The notes under the pieces were generated by a model. It had not been told where the DNA came from. It did no database searches and was given only the letters and a program-made list of their open reading frames with translations. A program made the translations under genes and the position numbers. From assembly GCA_018817165.1 (NCBI GenBank), contig JAHITY010000061.1, positions 1,733-65,732 on the forward strand: a stretch of DNA of 64,000 bases, in the 5' to 3' direction. This document shows positions 1 through 9,081 of the stretch, one piece after another. The stretch is from Candidatus Omnitrophota bacterium. GTDB lineage: Bacteria; Omnitrophota; Gorgyraeia; B26-G9. The first letter of the stretch is position 1. Every line of letters begins with the position of its first letter.

Positions 1-860
1 TCTTGGCCGGCTTTTAAAGGATATTTTTTATTGGTCTTAACCGCTAACTTAACTGCGCCAGTTTGAGTAAAAGCAACTATGGCTTTTAAGCTTAAAACAT
101 CTGCTCTTATTTTCGCTAAACAACCGATTGGCACCCGACAACCGCCGCCCATGCTTTTAAGAAATGCTCTTTCGGCAGTGACCTCTGATCGGGAAGAACT
201 ATGATCCAATATCTTGACCATTGCCTTCACATTTTTGTCTTTTTTCCTGACCTGTACGCCCAAAACACCTTGACCCGGAGCAGGCAAAATAATGTTTTCA
301 TTGATATATTCTGTTATTAAGCCCTGCCAACCAAGGCGGATAATCCCAGCAGCCGCAAGCACAATCGCATCAAACTGCTTATCATTTAGTTTTTTTAATC
401 TTGTATCCAGATTGCCCCTAATGTTAACGATATTAAGATCCGGACGATATAAAAGCAACTGAGCCTTGCGCCGAGGACTTGATGTGCCAATACAGCTTTT
501 CAACTCTAAATCATCTAATTTTTTTCCTGAATGAGAAATTAAAACATCACGAGCATCAGCCCTTTTAGTTATTGCGGCAATTTCTAATTCTTTAGGCATT
601 TCAACTGGTAAATCCTTCATGCTATGCACAGCTAAATCGATTTTCCCTTGAATTAATGCTTGTTCTATTTCTTTTACAAACAACCCTTTTACCTGTTCGG
701 TTGGCCATTTCTTTAATCTGTCACCGCTTGTCACTATTTTCTTGATCACAAATTTATAATTCGGAAAGGCTTTTTTAAGCATATCCATAACTAATCTAGC
801 TTGCGTCATGGCTAAAATACTTTTCCTGCTTCCAATCGTAATTATATCCACTTTTTTCAT
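1..860 (-). CDS. hemC: porphobilinogen deaminase (hydroxymethylbilane synthase), C-terminus cut by window start
   Basis: I translated the minus strand from the ATG (revcomp of cat at 858-860). The product is MKKVDIITIGSRKSILAMTQA...GNLDTRLKKL...ILPAPGQGVLGVQ, a typical HemC. The frame stays open to position 1. It lies downstream of hemA in the same operon. Confidence 0.75.
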   Translation of the reverse strand, partial: MKKVDIITIGSRKSILAMTQARLVMDMLKKAFPNYKFVIKKIVTSGDRLKKWPTEQVKGLFVKEIEQALIQGKIDLAVHSMKDLPVEMPKELEIAAITKRADARDVLISHSGKKLDDLELKSCIGTSSPRRKAQLLLYRPDLNIVNIRGNLDTRLKKLNDKQFDAIVLAAAGIIRLGWQGLITEYINENIILPAPGQGVLGVQVRKKDKNVKAMVKILDHSSSRSEVTAERAFLKSMGGGCRVPIGCLAKIRADVLSLKAIVAFTQTGAVKLAVKTNKKYPLKAGQ

Positions 861-883
861 GCCCTACAACACTCCCCAAACAA

Positions 884-1933
884 CTACTCAATCTTTTTTA
901 AATTAGACACATTCAATATTTTCTTTAATTTTATCTGAACTTTTAATAACTGCTGCTCAATTAAATCCTCTATTTTCTTTGCTTCTTTAAGCCGTTCATT
1001 TAAATTAGCATCTTTTACTTTTTCCAAATCATCTAAATTATAAACATAAACATTTTCGAGCTTATTAACATCGGGATCAATATTGCGCGGCAAGCCAAGA
1101 TCAATAAAAAATATTGGCCTATTTTTGCGTTTTATCATAATTTCACTCATCATTGATTGCTTAACAAGAACATGCGGCGCGCTGACAGAACTAATCACAA
1201 TATCAGATTGAATTAAGGTTTGAGGAAATTTATCAAATTCCACTGCTTGTCCGTTAAATTTTTTTGCTAATTCTTGAGCTTTGGAAAATGTTCTGTTTGC
1301 TACTAGAACCATTTGCGCGCCTCTGCCCTTTAAATGATTAGCCGAAAGCTCTCCGATCTTACCCGCGCCGATAATCAGTATTTTTTTATCTGATAAATCC
1401 TCAAAAATTTTACGCGCCATTTCCACGGCAGCAGTGCTGATTGAAACCGCTCCATACCCTATTTGGGTCTGCGTTCTTGCCCGTTTACCAATCTTAATTG
1501 CTTCTTCAAATAAAAAAGAAAATATTCGAGAAACAGCCCCAATATTTCGGGCACTAAAAAAAGCTGCTTTAACCTGTCCTAAAATCTGATTTTCTCCCAG
1601 GATCTGAGAATCCAAAGAACTGCTGACTCTGAATAAATGCCTGATTGCAGCCATATCTTCAAATTCATAAGAATGATTCTTGAAATCCTTCATATTTATA
1701 TTATGAAATTTTTCCAAAAAACCGCTAAGCGCTCCATTTATTTTTTTATCATCACGGGCCAAAGCATAAATTTCAATACGATTACAAGTAGAAAGAATAA
1801 CCCCTTCCTGTATATCGCTATTCTTTTTCAGCGAACTAAGCGCTTCGTCCAAACAAGCTTTAGGAAAAGATAACTTTTCTCTTATCCCGATCGGAGCTGT
1901 CTTGTGATTAAAACCAATAATTTTTATATTCAT
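884..1933 (-). CDS. hemA: glutamyl-tRNA reductase
   Basis: 349-aa ORF. It has STCNRIEIY and an NADP Rossmann GAGKIGE motif. Confidence 0.8.
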   Translation of the reverse strand: MNIKIIGFNHKTAPIGIREKLSFPKACLDEALSSLKKNSDIQEGVILSTCNRIEIYALARDDKKINGALSGFLEKFHNINMKDFKNHSYEFEDMAAIRHLFRVSSSLDSQILGENQILGQVKAAFFSARNIGAVSRIFSFLFEEAIKIGKRARTQTQIGYGAVSISTAAVEMARKIFEDLSDKKILIIGAGKIGELSANHLKGRGAQMVLVANRTFSKAQELAKKFNGQAVEFDKFPQTLIQSDIVISSVSAPHVLVKQSMMSEIMIKRKNRPIFFIDLGLPRNIDPDVNKLENVYVYNLDDLEKVKDANLNERLKEAKKIEDLIEQQLLKVQIKLKKILNVSNLKKIE

Positions 1934-1936
1934 AAT

Positions 1937-2752
1937 TTATAAATAAGAATGCAATCCAGGCAATAGAAAGCTTACCCCTAAATAAGTAAATAGAACTGAA
2001 GTAAATCCGATTATTGATAAAATAGCCGCTCGTCTGCCCCGCCACCCAGCATTAAACCGGGCATGCAAGTAAGCAGCATATACCAACCAAGTAATAAAAG
2101 ACCATGTTTCTTTAGGATCCCAGCTCCACCAATTACCCCAGGCCTGCTGCGCCCAAATAGAACCCGTAGCAATTCCGGCAGTGAGCAAAACAAATCCAAA
2201 AAGCACCATATTGTAATTTATTTTATCCATCACATCGAGAGGCGGTAAACGTTCAAAAAGTTTACCTATATGTTTTAATTTTACCTGTCTTTCCTGCATA
2301 AGATACATTATCCCTAAAAAAAAAGCACAGGCAAAACAAGCATAGCTAAGAAAACAAGTAATTACATGGATAAACAACCAGTAACTTTGCAAAGCCGGCA
2401 TCAAGGGCTTGACTGAACTATCGAGCAATGAAGCATATCCAATAACAAAAAAAACAAACGGCATAATAAAGGTCCCGATTATTTGAAATTTAAACCTGAA
2501 CTCCAAAATAAGAAATATCAATACAATTGCCCAAGCAAATAGTGACATAGATTCATAAAGGTTAGACATGGGAGGAAACCCTGAGATAACCCATCTAATA
2601 ATAAGTGTTACGGAATGATCAATAAAACCAAAAATAGCGCAAAACATCGCTGCTTTAGCCAAGAAAACATTTTTATTTATTGAGAAGAGAACAAAACTCA
2701 ATGCGCTGATTAAATAAGCGATTAAAACCCCTAAGAATAATATCGTGTACAT
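1937..2752 (-). CDS. ccsA: cytochrome c assembly protein CcsA/ResC family
   Basis: Polytopic membrane protein. It carries the Trp-rich heme-handling motif WGNWWSWDPKETW. Confidence 0.8.
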   Translation of the reverse strand: MYTILFLGVLIAYLISALSFVLFSINKNVFLAKAAMFCAIFGFIDHSVTLIIRWVISGFPPMSNLYESMSLFAWAIVLIFLILEFRFKFQIIGTFIMPFVFFVIGYASLLDSSVKPLMPALQSYWLFIHVITCFLSYACFACAFFLGIMYLMQERQVKLKHIGKLFERLPPLDVMDKINYNMVLFGFVLLTAGIATGSIWAQQAWGNWWSWDPKETWSFITWLVYAAYLHARFNAGWRGRRAAILSIIGFTSVLFTYLGVSFLLPGLHSYL

Positions 2753-2764
2753 ATCCCCTCCAAT

Positions 2765-3391
2765 TTACGAAATTTTCAAATGCGCCTTGAGTTCAACGAG
2801 CTTGCGAATCTTTTTATTGTTTATCAATTCTAAAATTTTATCATCAAGTAATGCATCGATCAGGCGCTTCTTGGTTCGCTTGTCTTTATGCTTAAGCTTT
2901 ATCTCATCCCTCAACCGAGATAATACCCCAATATTGTCCGCGTACTTTTTAATCATCACTGCCGTATCCTGACGTATCTTTTTTGCCAATCCAGGAAAAG
3001 CGCCTTGCGTTGATATCGATAATAAAATTCCTTTTTTATTCACAACTGACGGCAAATAAAAATTACATTGCTCCGGCACATCAACCACATTAATTAGTTT
3101 TCCCATTTTATTGGCATCTTTAACTATTTGCGCATTCACCGCTTGATCATTAGTAGCCGCTATTATTAAAAACGCGTCCTTTATGAAATTTTTCTTATAT
3201 TCGGTTTTTTGATAATTAAACGCATTTTTTTTATGCAACTGTTTGAGCTGAAAACAAAGCTTAGGGCTAATAATCGTTATATTGTCCGAACTTTTAAGTA
3301 AAGTTTGGACTTTTCTCAGAGCAACCGCGCCCCCACCGATTACGCAACAGAGCATCTTATCTAATTTTAAACAAACCGGATATAATATCAT
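2765..3391 (-). CDS. precorrin-2 dehydrogenase / sirohydrochlorin ferrochelatase-like (SirC/Met8-like, CysG N-terminal domain)
   Basis: N-terminal GGGAVALRK Rossmann motif. 208 aa. It sits in a heme cluster. Confidence 0.6.
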   Translation of the reverse strand: MILYPVCLKLDKMLCCVIGGGAVALRKVQTLLKSSDNITIISPKLCFQLKQLHKKNAFNYQKTEYKKNFIKDAFLIIAATNDQAVNAQIVKDANKMGKLINVVDVPEQCNFYLPSVVNKKGILLSISTQGAFPGLAKKIRQDTAVMIKKYADNIGVLSRLRDEIKLKHKDKRTKKRLIDALLDDKILELINNKKIRKLVELKAHLKIS

Positions 3392-3936
3392 TTTTCCTGC
3401 TTACTTTTTAAAAATGCATCTACCCCTTGCCTAACTCCATCAACAACTGCTTTTGATGAAATTGTTGCGCCTGTTATAGCCTGAATATTCTTATCAGTCT
3501 TACCTTTAATTAAAACTATGTCCTGAATATTTTTGTCTTTAAATTGCTTTAAAAACTTTGCTTCTGTCTGTTTATACTCAATCTCATTTATTTTTGACCC
3601 CAATCCCGGAGTTTCTGAATGTTCAAGGACTTGCACTCCTGTAATGTTTTCCTTTGTATCAACGCCGACCAAAAGCTGAATATTTCCCCCATACCCTTTA
3701 CCCGAAAGCGGTAAAGCCCATCCGATTAGATTATTTTGAGCATTTTTTGCCTCATAATAAAGAATCTCCCCTTCCTGTTTTTGATAGCTATCTGCGGGTA
3801 ATACAGATTGAAGAGACCTCTCCAAAAGCATTTGCTTTTGCTGCTCGATCACTGGCGAAGTTTTTTGATATATAAGCGCAAGAGTTAAAGCGCAAATCAA
3901 TGCAACAGCAAACAGGGACATACTTAATCGAAACAT
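3388..3936 (-). CDS. FMN-binding domain protein (RnfG/NqrC-like), membrane anchored
   Basis: N-terminal TM helix. It has the ITGATISS motif that matches the covalent-FMN threonine site of RnfG/NqrC family members. Confidence 0.55.
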   Translation of the reverse strand: MFRLSMSLFAVALICALTLALIYQKTSPVIEQQKQMLLERSLQSVLPADSYQKQEGEILYYEAKNAQNNLIGWALPLSGKGYGGNIQLLVGVDTKENITGVQVLEHSETPGLGSKINEIEYKQTEAKFLKQFKDKNIQDIVLIKGKTDKNIQAITGATISSKAVVDGVRQGVDAFLKSKQEK

Positions 3937-3946
3937 TACACACTCC

Positions 3947-4972
3947 TTATATTTTTTTTTGAAATAAAAATACGATCATTCCCGAAAATAACATCAAAAA
4001 ACCAGTCCAAACAAATACTATTCCCGGGTCTTTAATAACTTGGATTATTGTAGCATAAAATATGTCTAAGCGCTTGATTTTGAAATCAAAAACCTCTATT
4101 TCCTGAGACAATATATCATTGATTTGCGGATTGAGAAATACCCATTTTGTGCCAACCGAGTGGTCATGCTGATACATTGTTATGAGTAAAGCCGCATTGC
4201 CTAATTCAGCTGAACGCATAGTAATCCGCCCATTCTGATCAATTTCAGCGTCTGGAAGAAAATGCGTAATCTCCAGGCTAAAACCACCCTTACCGGGTAA
4301 AAATAACGGTTCTCCCTGTTTCCAATTTCCCTGCCAAACCTCATGGCCCATATGACTAATGCTCATTTCTAAATCAGCACAGGCCTTAAAACTTGACTGA
4401 TAGAAACCATATCCCTTGTATTTGAACGGATGATTAACTATTATTTTATGTTCCCGAGCAATATTATCATTTTCCAGCAAGGTTATATTGCTTCGATATA
4501 CTTTGGGTTGCTTTGTATCCGGATAATACTCTATATCAAACTTATCAAAAGTCAGTTTCGCGTTTCCCGGCTTAAGTTCTATTGTTTGGCCAGGTAAGAG
4601 AGTTATATATTCTGAATATTTGAGCAATTTGCTTACGATTGCCCCTGTAAAAATCAGCAATATGCTGAAATGGATCAAAAACAATGCCAATTTCTTCTTA
4701 TTTTTAAACAATGCCCGACTAAAACTATTTATTGTACAAACAAAAAGATTCGTGCCCAGGATAAACAACATACTTTGATAAGCCCATCCATTGTATAAAT
4801 CATTACCTTGAATAAACAATATTCCTTTGCCAAAAAATTCTCCATAATTTTTTAAATAGAACTGGGCATTTTCTCCTTGAACTATAACTGTACCCAAAAT
4901 AGAAACAGCGGCTAAAATTAATAATAGAATAAATGTAATCTTTAAAGAACCTAATTGTTTTAAAAACTTCAT
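3947..4972 (-). CDS. resB: cytochrome c biogenesis protein ResB/Ccs1 (short form)
   Basis: N-terminal TM helix, a large extracytoplasmic domain and a C-terminal TM helix. It is adjacent to ccsA. Confidence 0.65.
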   Translation of the reverse strand: MKFLKQLGSLKITFILLLILAAVSILGTVIVQGENAQFYLKNYGEFFGKGILFIQGNDLYNGWAYQSMLFILGTNLFVCTINSFSRALFKNKKKLALFLIHFSILLIFTGAIVSKLLKYSEYITLLPGQTIELKPGNAKLTFDKFDIEYYPDTKQPKVYRSNITLLENDNIAREHKIIVNHPFKYKGYGFYQSSFKACADLEMSISHMGHEVWQGNWKQGEPLFLPGKGGFSLEITHFLPDAEIDQNGRITMRSAELGNAALLITMYQHDHSVGTKWVFLNPQINDILSQEIEVFDFKIKRLDIFYATIIQVIKDPGIVFVWTGFLMLFSGMIVFLFQKKI

Positions 4973-4996
4973 TATTATTTATCTAAACCCCATTCT

Positions 4997-5863
4997 TTAT
5001 TTTTTCTTCAAAATTCTCTCTTGCAAATCAAATATTGCAAAATGTGATTCATTAATATCCATCAAACTTTCCGTCTTTCCCGCAACGAGATATCCTAGAG
5101 GAGCCAAAGCTTTATAAAAATTCGCATAAACCTGTTTCTGTAACTCTTTAGTAAAATAAATTATTACGTTTCGGCAAAAAATTAGATCTATTCTCTGTAA
5201 CGGTTCATCACTACTCATATTATGATGCCTGAAATTAATCATTGTTTTCAAGTTAGGATTGATTGCATATAAACCTTGTTCGTTTTTCTGAAAATATGCG
5301 CTTATCTGATGACCTTTTAATTCTTTTAATGCTTTTTCTTTATAGACTCCTGCTTCTGCCTGTTTCAATGCAGCCTTATCAATATCAGTAGCATATATTC
5401 TGATTTTAAAATTCTCTTTGAGCTCGGACAATACTTCACTGATCATTATTGCCAAAGAATAGGGCTCTTCTCCGGTTGCGCATCCAGAGCTCCACACCCG
5501 AATAGAAGAAGCATTGATTTCTTTTTTCGCTTTTACAATTTCTGGAATAATCTTACGGCGAACCGCATTAAATGTCTCCGGATTACGAAAAAACTCAGTA
5601 ACATTTATTGTAATTCTATCCAATAAATTGTCATAGCCTTCCGGATTTTTTATCAAGAAGTCTAAATACTCTTCAAAAGAATTAACCCGAGAATCGTGCA
5701 TACCCACAACAATTCTTCTGCGCAAACATTTAGTCCGATATTGACGAAAATCCACACCTCTACGGCGATAAATATTGTGGATTATTTTATTAAAAGCCAG
5801 CAATTCAGCTTCGGGCAAATCATCCTCAAGAAAATCACTTGATCCTGTATTTTTCATAAGCAA
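4997..5863 (-). CDS. cheR: chemotaxis protein-glutamate O-methyltransferase CheR
   Basis: CheR N-domain and a SAM-dependent methyltransferase fold (VWSSGCATGEEPYS). Confidence 0.75.
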   Translation of the reverse strand: MLMKNTGSSDFLEDDLPEAELLAFNKIIHNIYRRRGVDFRQYRTKCLRRRIVVGMHDSRVNSFEEYLDFLIKNPEGYDNLLDRITINVTEFFRNPETFNAVRRKIIPEIVKAKKEINASSIRVWSSGCATGEEPYSLAIMISEVLSELKENFKIRIYATDIDKAALKQAEAGVYKEKALKELKGHQISAYFQKNEQGLYAINPNLKTMINFRHHNMSSDEPLQRIDLIFCRNVIIYFTKELQKQVYANFYKALAPLGYLVAGKTESLMDINESHFAIFDLQERILKKK

Positions 5864-5905
5864 GCCTTTTTTATGACTATGCTATCATAACCAGTCAATT
5901 AACTT

Positions 5906-6172
5906 TTAAGGATTCTTTTTTACTTGTTTGATTGCTTTGACTAATTCTCTTAAAATATCCGCTTGAAACTGCACTTCTGTTTCCGTTATTTTAGTCATGA
6001 TTCTGCCTTTATCAGTCACGATATATCTTGCCGGCAAGCGATTAAGGATAAGCGCCATAATATCCAGCTTACACTTGTGAATTTTTGTCCAGTCCTCATT
6101 AATTCGAGCAAGTTCTTTATCAACTGCATCTTCCACGACTAGTTCCATATAATTCTTTAGTTCCATGTTCAT
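5906..6172 (-). CDS. ComFB-family small protein
   Basis: 88 aa. It has the NY.E..V....KE...I and C.LD..ALILNRLPARY pattern typical of ComFB late-competence proteins. Confidence 0.5.
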   Translation of the reverse strand: MNMELKNYMELVVEDAVDKELARINEDWTKIHKCKLDIMALILNRLPARYIVTDKGRIMTKITETEVQFQADILRELVKAIKQVKKNP

Positions 6173-6221
6173 CCTCCTTTTTAGTTAAAAGCTTCAATTA
6201 CATGCACTGATTAGACTATGA

Positions 6222-7103
6222 TTAAAAATTCCATATAACTTCTAAAGCGTCCATAATATCCTGTGCGTTTTCAACTAATTTTGCGCCCTCTTTAATCAGC
6301 TTATTTGTGCCTTGAGCATTCAATGAATTAGCTATCCCAGGCACAGCTAACACCTCTCTGCCCTGGTTTAAAGCCAGATCAGCAGTGATCAAAGAACCGC
6401 TTTTCTGCGCAGCCTCAACAACTACAATTGCCCTACACAGCCCGCTAATAATTCTATTGCGCCGGGGAAAATTACCCCGTAAAGGCAAAGTATTTAAAGA
6501 AAACTCCGAAATAACTGCGCCGTTTTTAGATATCTCATCAAACAATGTTTTATTTTCTGACGGATAAATATTATTAAAACCACTACCCAAGACTGCAATT
6601 GTTTTTCCTTTAGCATGCAGTGCTCCTTTATGCGCAGCGGTATCAATTCCTCGAGCCATTCCCGAAACAATACAAATCTTACGATTTGCCAAAGCTTGTG
6701 ATATCTGAGCTGATTGGTTTAAACCATAGGTACTGGCACGGCGACAACCAATCACTCCGAGCATTTTACTTTGCAAAACGGTTATATCGCCTTTTACATA
6801 TAAAACAATTGGAGGATCATAAATTTCTTTTAAAAGAACAGGATATCTTGATTCTGCTATGGTAATTATTTCAATATTGTTTTTTTGAATTTGCTCTAAT
6901 TCTTTGACAAATTCAGATGCTAATAATATTTGTTTTATTCTTTTCGCTATTTCAATACTCATGCCGGGAACTTTGCAGCATTCCTCGATATCTACTTGAA
7001 AAATATTTTGCACTGTCTTAAAGGTGTGCATTAACCTAGAAATCAGAATACTTCCTAAGCCGGAAACCATATTTAAAGCTATATAATAATCTTTTTCACG
7101 CAT
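6222..7103 (-). CDS. dprA: DNA processing protein A
   Basis: Rossmann-like DprA core with GMARGID. Confidence 0.8.
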   Translation of the reverse strand: MREKDYYIALNMVSGLGSILISRLMHTFKTVQNIFQVDIEECCKVPGMSIEIAKRIKQILLASEFVKELEQIQKNNIEIITIAESRYPVLLKEIYDPPIVLYVKGDITVLQSKMLGVIGCRRASTYGLNQSAQISQALANRKICIVSGMARGIDTAAHKGALHAKGKTIAVLGSGFNNIYPSENKTLFDEISKNGAVISEFSLNTLPLRGNFPRRNRIISGLCRAIVVVEAAQKSGSLITADLALNQGREVLAVPGIANSLNAQGTNKLIKEGAKLVENAQDIMDALEVIWNF

Positions 7104-7115
7104 TTTACTCAGCCA

Positions 7116-7625
7116 TTAAAGCTTTGCCTTCAACCAAGACTCTATTTTGTCCACAACCTGCATTTTACTCAAACTAGATGTATCCACTGTGTAGTCAGCC
7201 TTAGCATAATAGATTTCTCTTATATTTAAAAGTTCCCTGATCTTTTCTTCAGGTTTTGGAACATTTAATAATGGTCGATGCGCATAATCTTTGGTTCTTT
7301 CAATAATCACTTCCGGGTTTGCTTGCAAGCAGATTACTATTCCGTTTTGTTTTAAATTAGCAATATTATCTACATCTAAAACAACCCCGCCTCCGCAGGA
7401 AATAATTTTATTCTGGTGAAGAGATATCTCAGCAACAACTTCCTTCTCAATCTTACGAAAAAACACCTCTCCTTTTTCAGCAAATATATCGACAATCCGC
7501 ATTTGCTGTCTAGCTTCAATCAACTGATCAATATCTACAAATTCAGCATTAAATTTTTCCGCAAGCATACAGGCTATGGTTGTTTTTCCTGTTCCCATAA
7601 AACCGACCAGTGCGATATTCTTCAC
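7116..7625 (-). CDS. aroK: shikimate kinase
   Basis: P-loop GFMGTGKTT. 169 aa. Confidence 0.8.
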   Translation of the reverse strand: MKNIALVGFMGTGKTTIACMLAEKFNAEFVDIDQLIEARQQMRIVDIFAEKGEVFFRKIEKEVVAEISLHQNKIISCGGGVVLDVDNIANLKQNGIVICLQANPEVIIERTKDYAHRPLLNVPKPEEKIRELLNIREIYYAKADYTVDTSSLSKMQVVDKIESWLKAKL

Positions 7626-7648
7626 AAAATTCTCCTTAGCTTAAATAG

Positions 7649-9067
7649 TTATTTACCTATACAAAAACGGGAAAAAATATTACTTAATATATCTTCAGTT
7701 ATATTCTCACCAACTACTTGGCCAAGAAAATCAAGCGCCTGTCTTATTTCAAAGACAAGACACTCATCATAGCCTTTTTTAGTAACCACCCCAAGTGCAG
7801 CTTGGATACTTTTATAACAATTTTCCAATGCTTCTTTTTGTCTAATATTACTTATTATAAATTCATCTTTTGCAACTATTTGGCCTTTAAAAAACATCTT
7901 TATAATGGTTTTCTCCAAGAAATCTAACCCTTGTTTTTTTAAAGCTGATATTTTAATAATTACAGCATTAGGCATATTTTTCTTGATCTGAGTTAAATCA
8001 ACTTTTAAATTCAAATCATTCTTATTAACCACAATAATTGCTTTTCGACCATATATTTTTTTAGCAACTTCTAAATCTGCTTTTTGAATCTTACGCGATC
8101 CATCGATAACCCATAAAACAAGATCCGATCTTTCCAAACAAGCAAGACTACGACTCATGCTTTCCTGGGTAATAACACACGAACTATCCATGATCCCTGC
8201 AGTATCAGAAATTTTAACCGCAACTCCCCGCATATTTAAAACTTCTTCTACCACATCCCGTGTTGTGCCGGAAATATTGGTTACAATCACTCGCTCATAT
8301 TCAAGCAAAGCATTCATTATGCTGGATTTACCAACATTAGCTGCTCCGACAAGCGCTATGCTAAGACCATTAGCCAGGATGATCCCTTTGTCTGCGCTAT
8401 CAACTAATTTCCGAATATCAGCAGACACAGAATCTAAATTTTTTACTATATTCTTTTTTGTCATTAGCTGGATAGTGTCATCCGGAAAATCAATACTCGC
8501 TTCTAAAGGAGCAACTATTTCCACAAGCTTTGCCATAAGATTTTTAATATGATTTGAAAGTTTGCCCTGCAATTGATGCATTGCGGGTTCTAAGGCTAAA
8601 TCCGTTTTAGCATTAATTACATTTAATACTGATTCTGCTTGGATAAGATCAATTCTGCCATTTTGAAAAGCTCTTTGCGTGAATTCACCCGGCTGGGCAA
8701 GGCGAGCTCCTGATTCGATGCAAAGTTCAAGGATCTTGCGTAAAGTAACAATCCCACCATGACAATTTATTTCCAATACATCTTCTTTGGTATAGGTTAG
8801 CGGTGCCCGCATTACAGTTACAATAACCTCATCAATAATTTCCTGTATTTGGTTTTTAGATTTAGAATTACTAATAACATGACCGTAATGCACACTAAAG
8901 CTAGGCAATTGCGATATTTTTTTCTGCCTGTGCTTACCCTTAAAAATCTTATCTCCGATTTTAAACGCTTTATTGCCGCTTAAACGAACAATGCCGATTC
9001 CCCCTTGCCCTAAAGGGGTTGAAATTGCCGCAATTGTATCAGTAGGATTGATCTTTGTTGCTATCAT
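7649..9067 (-). CDS. mnmE: tRNA modification GTPase MnmE
   Basis: G-domain GAANVGKSS, DTAGI, NKND, and the C-terminal CIGK tail. Confidence 0.85.
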   Translation of the reverse strand: MIATKINPTDTIAAISTPLGQGGIGIVRLSGNKAFKIGDKIFKGKHRQKKISQLPSFSVHYGHVISNSKSKNQIQEIIDEVIVTVMRAPLTYTKEDVLEINCHGGIVTLRKILELCIESGARLAQPGEFTQRAFQNGRIDLIQAESVLNVINAKTDLALEPAMHQLQGKLSNHIKNLMAKLVEIVAPLEASIDFPDDTIQLMTKKNIVKNLDSVSADIRKLVDSADKGIILANGLSIALVGAANVGKSSIMNALLEYERVIVTNISGTTRDVVEEVLNMRGVAVKISDTAGIMDSSCVITQESMSRSLACLERSDLVLWVIDGSRKIQKADLEVAKKIYGRKAIIVVNKNDLNLKVDLTQIKKNMPNAVIIKISALKKQGLDFLEKTIIKMFFKGQIVAKDEFIISNIRQKEALENCYKSIQAALGVVTKKGYDECLVFEIRQALDFLGQVVGENITEDILSNIFSRFCIGK

Positions 9068-9081
9068 CGTTTAACTCGGTC

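Noticed and set aside
1637-1873. Numerous 60-100-aa plus-strand ORFs opposite minus-strand genes, e.g. 1637-1873, 2063-2248, 2745-2972, 3654-3875, 6385-6865, 7416-7927, 9613-9816, 11474-11707, 11882-12067, 12756-12944, 13576-13812, 14689-14886, 15098-15346, 19464-19685, 21862-22101, 25073-25882, 27674-28360, 30188-30615, 32609-32914, 33315-33584, 34552-35288, 35883-36107, 37436-37651, 40341-40795, 41253-41555, 41937-42143, 43179-43898, 45199-45435, 47008-47334, 48199-48393, 49405-49795, 51160-51345, 54606-54839, 55575-55844, 55902-56219, 58697-58888, 59781-59966, 60430-60746
   Set aside because: They are antisense to or nested within confidently assigned genes. They are AT-rich and low-complexity, and have no ribosome-binding sites. 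Typical of six-frame noise in a low-GC genome.
8157-8552. 131-aa plus-strand ORF
   Set aside because: Antisense to the mnmE G-domain.
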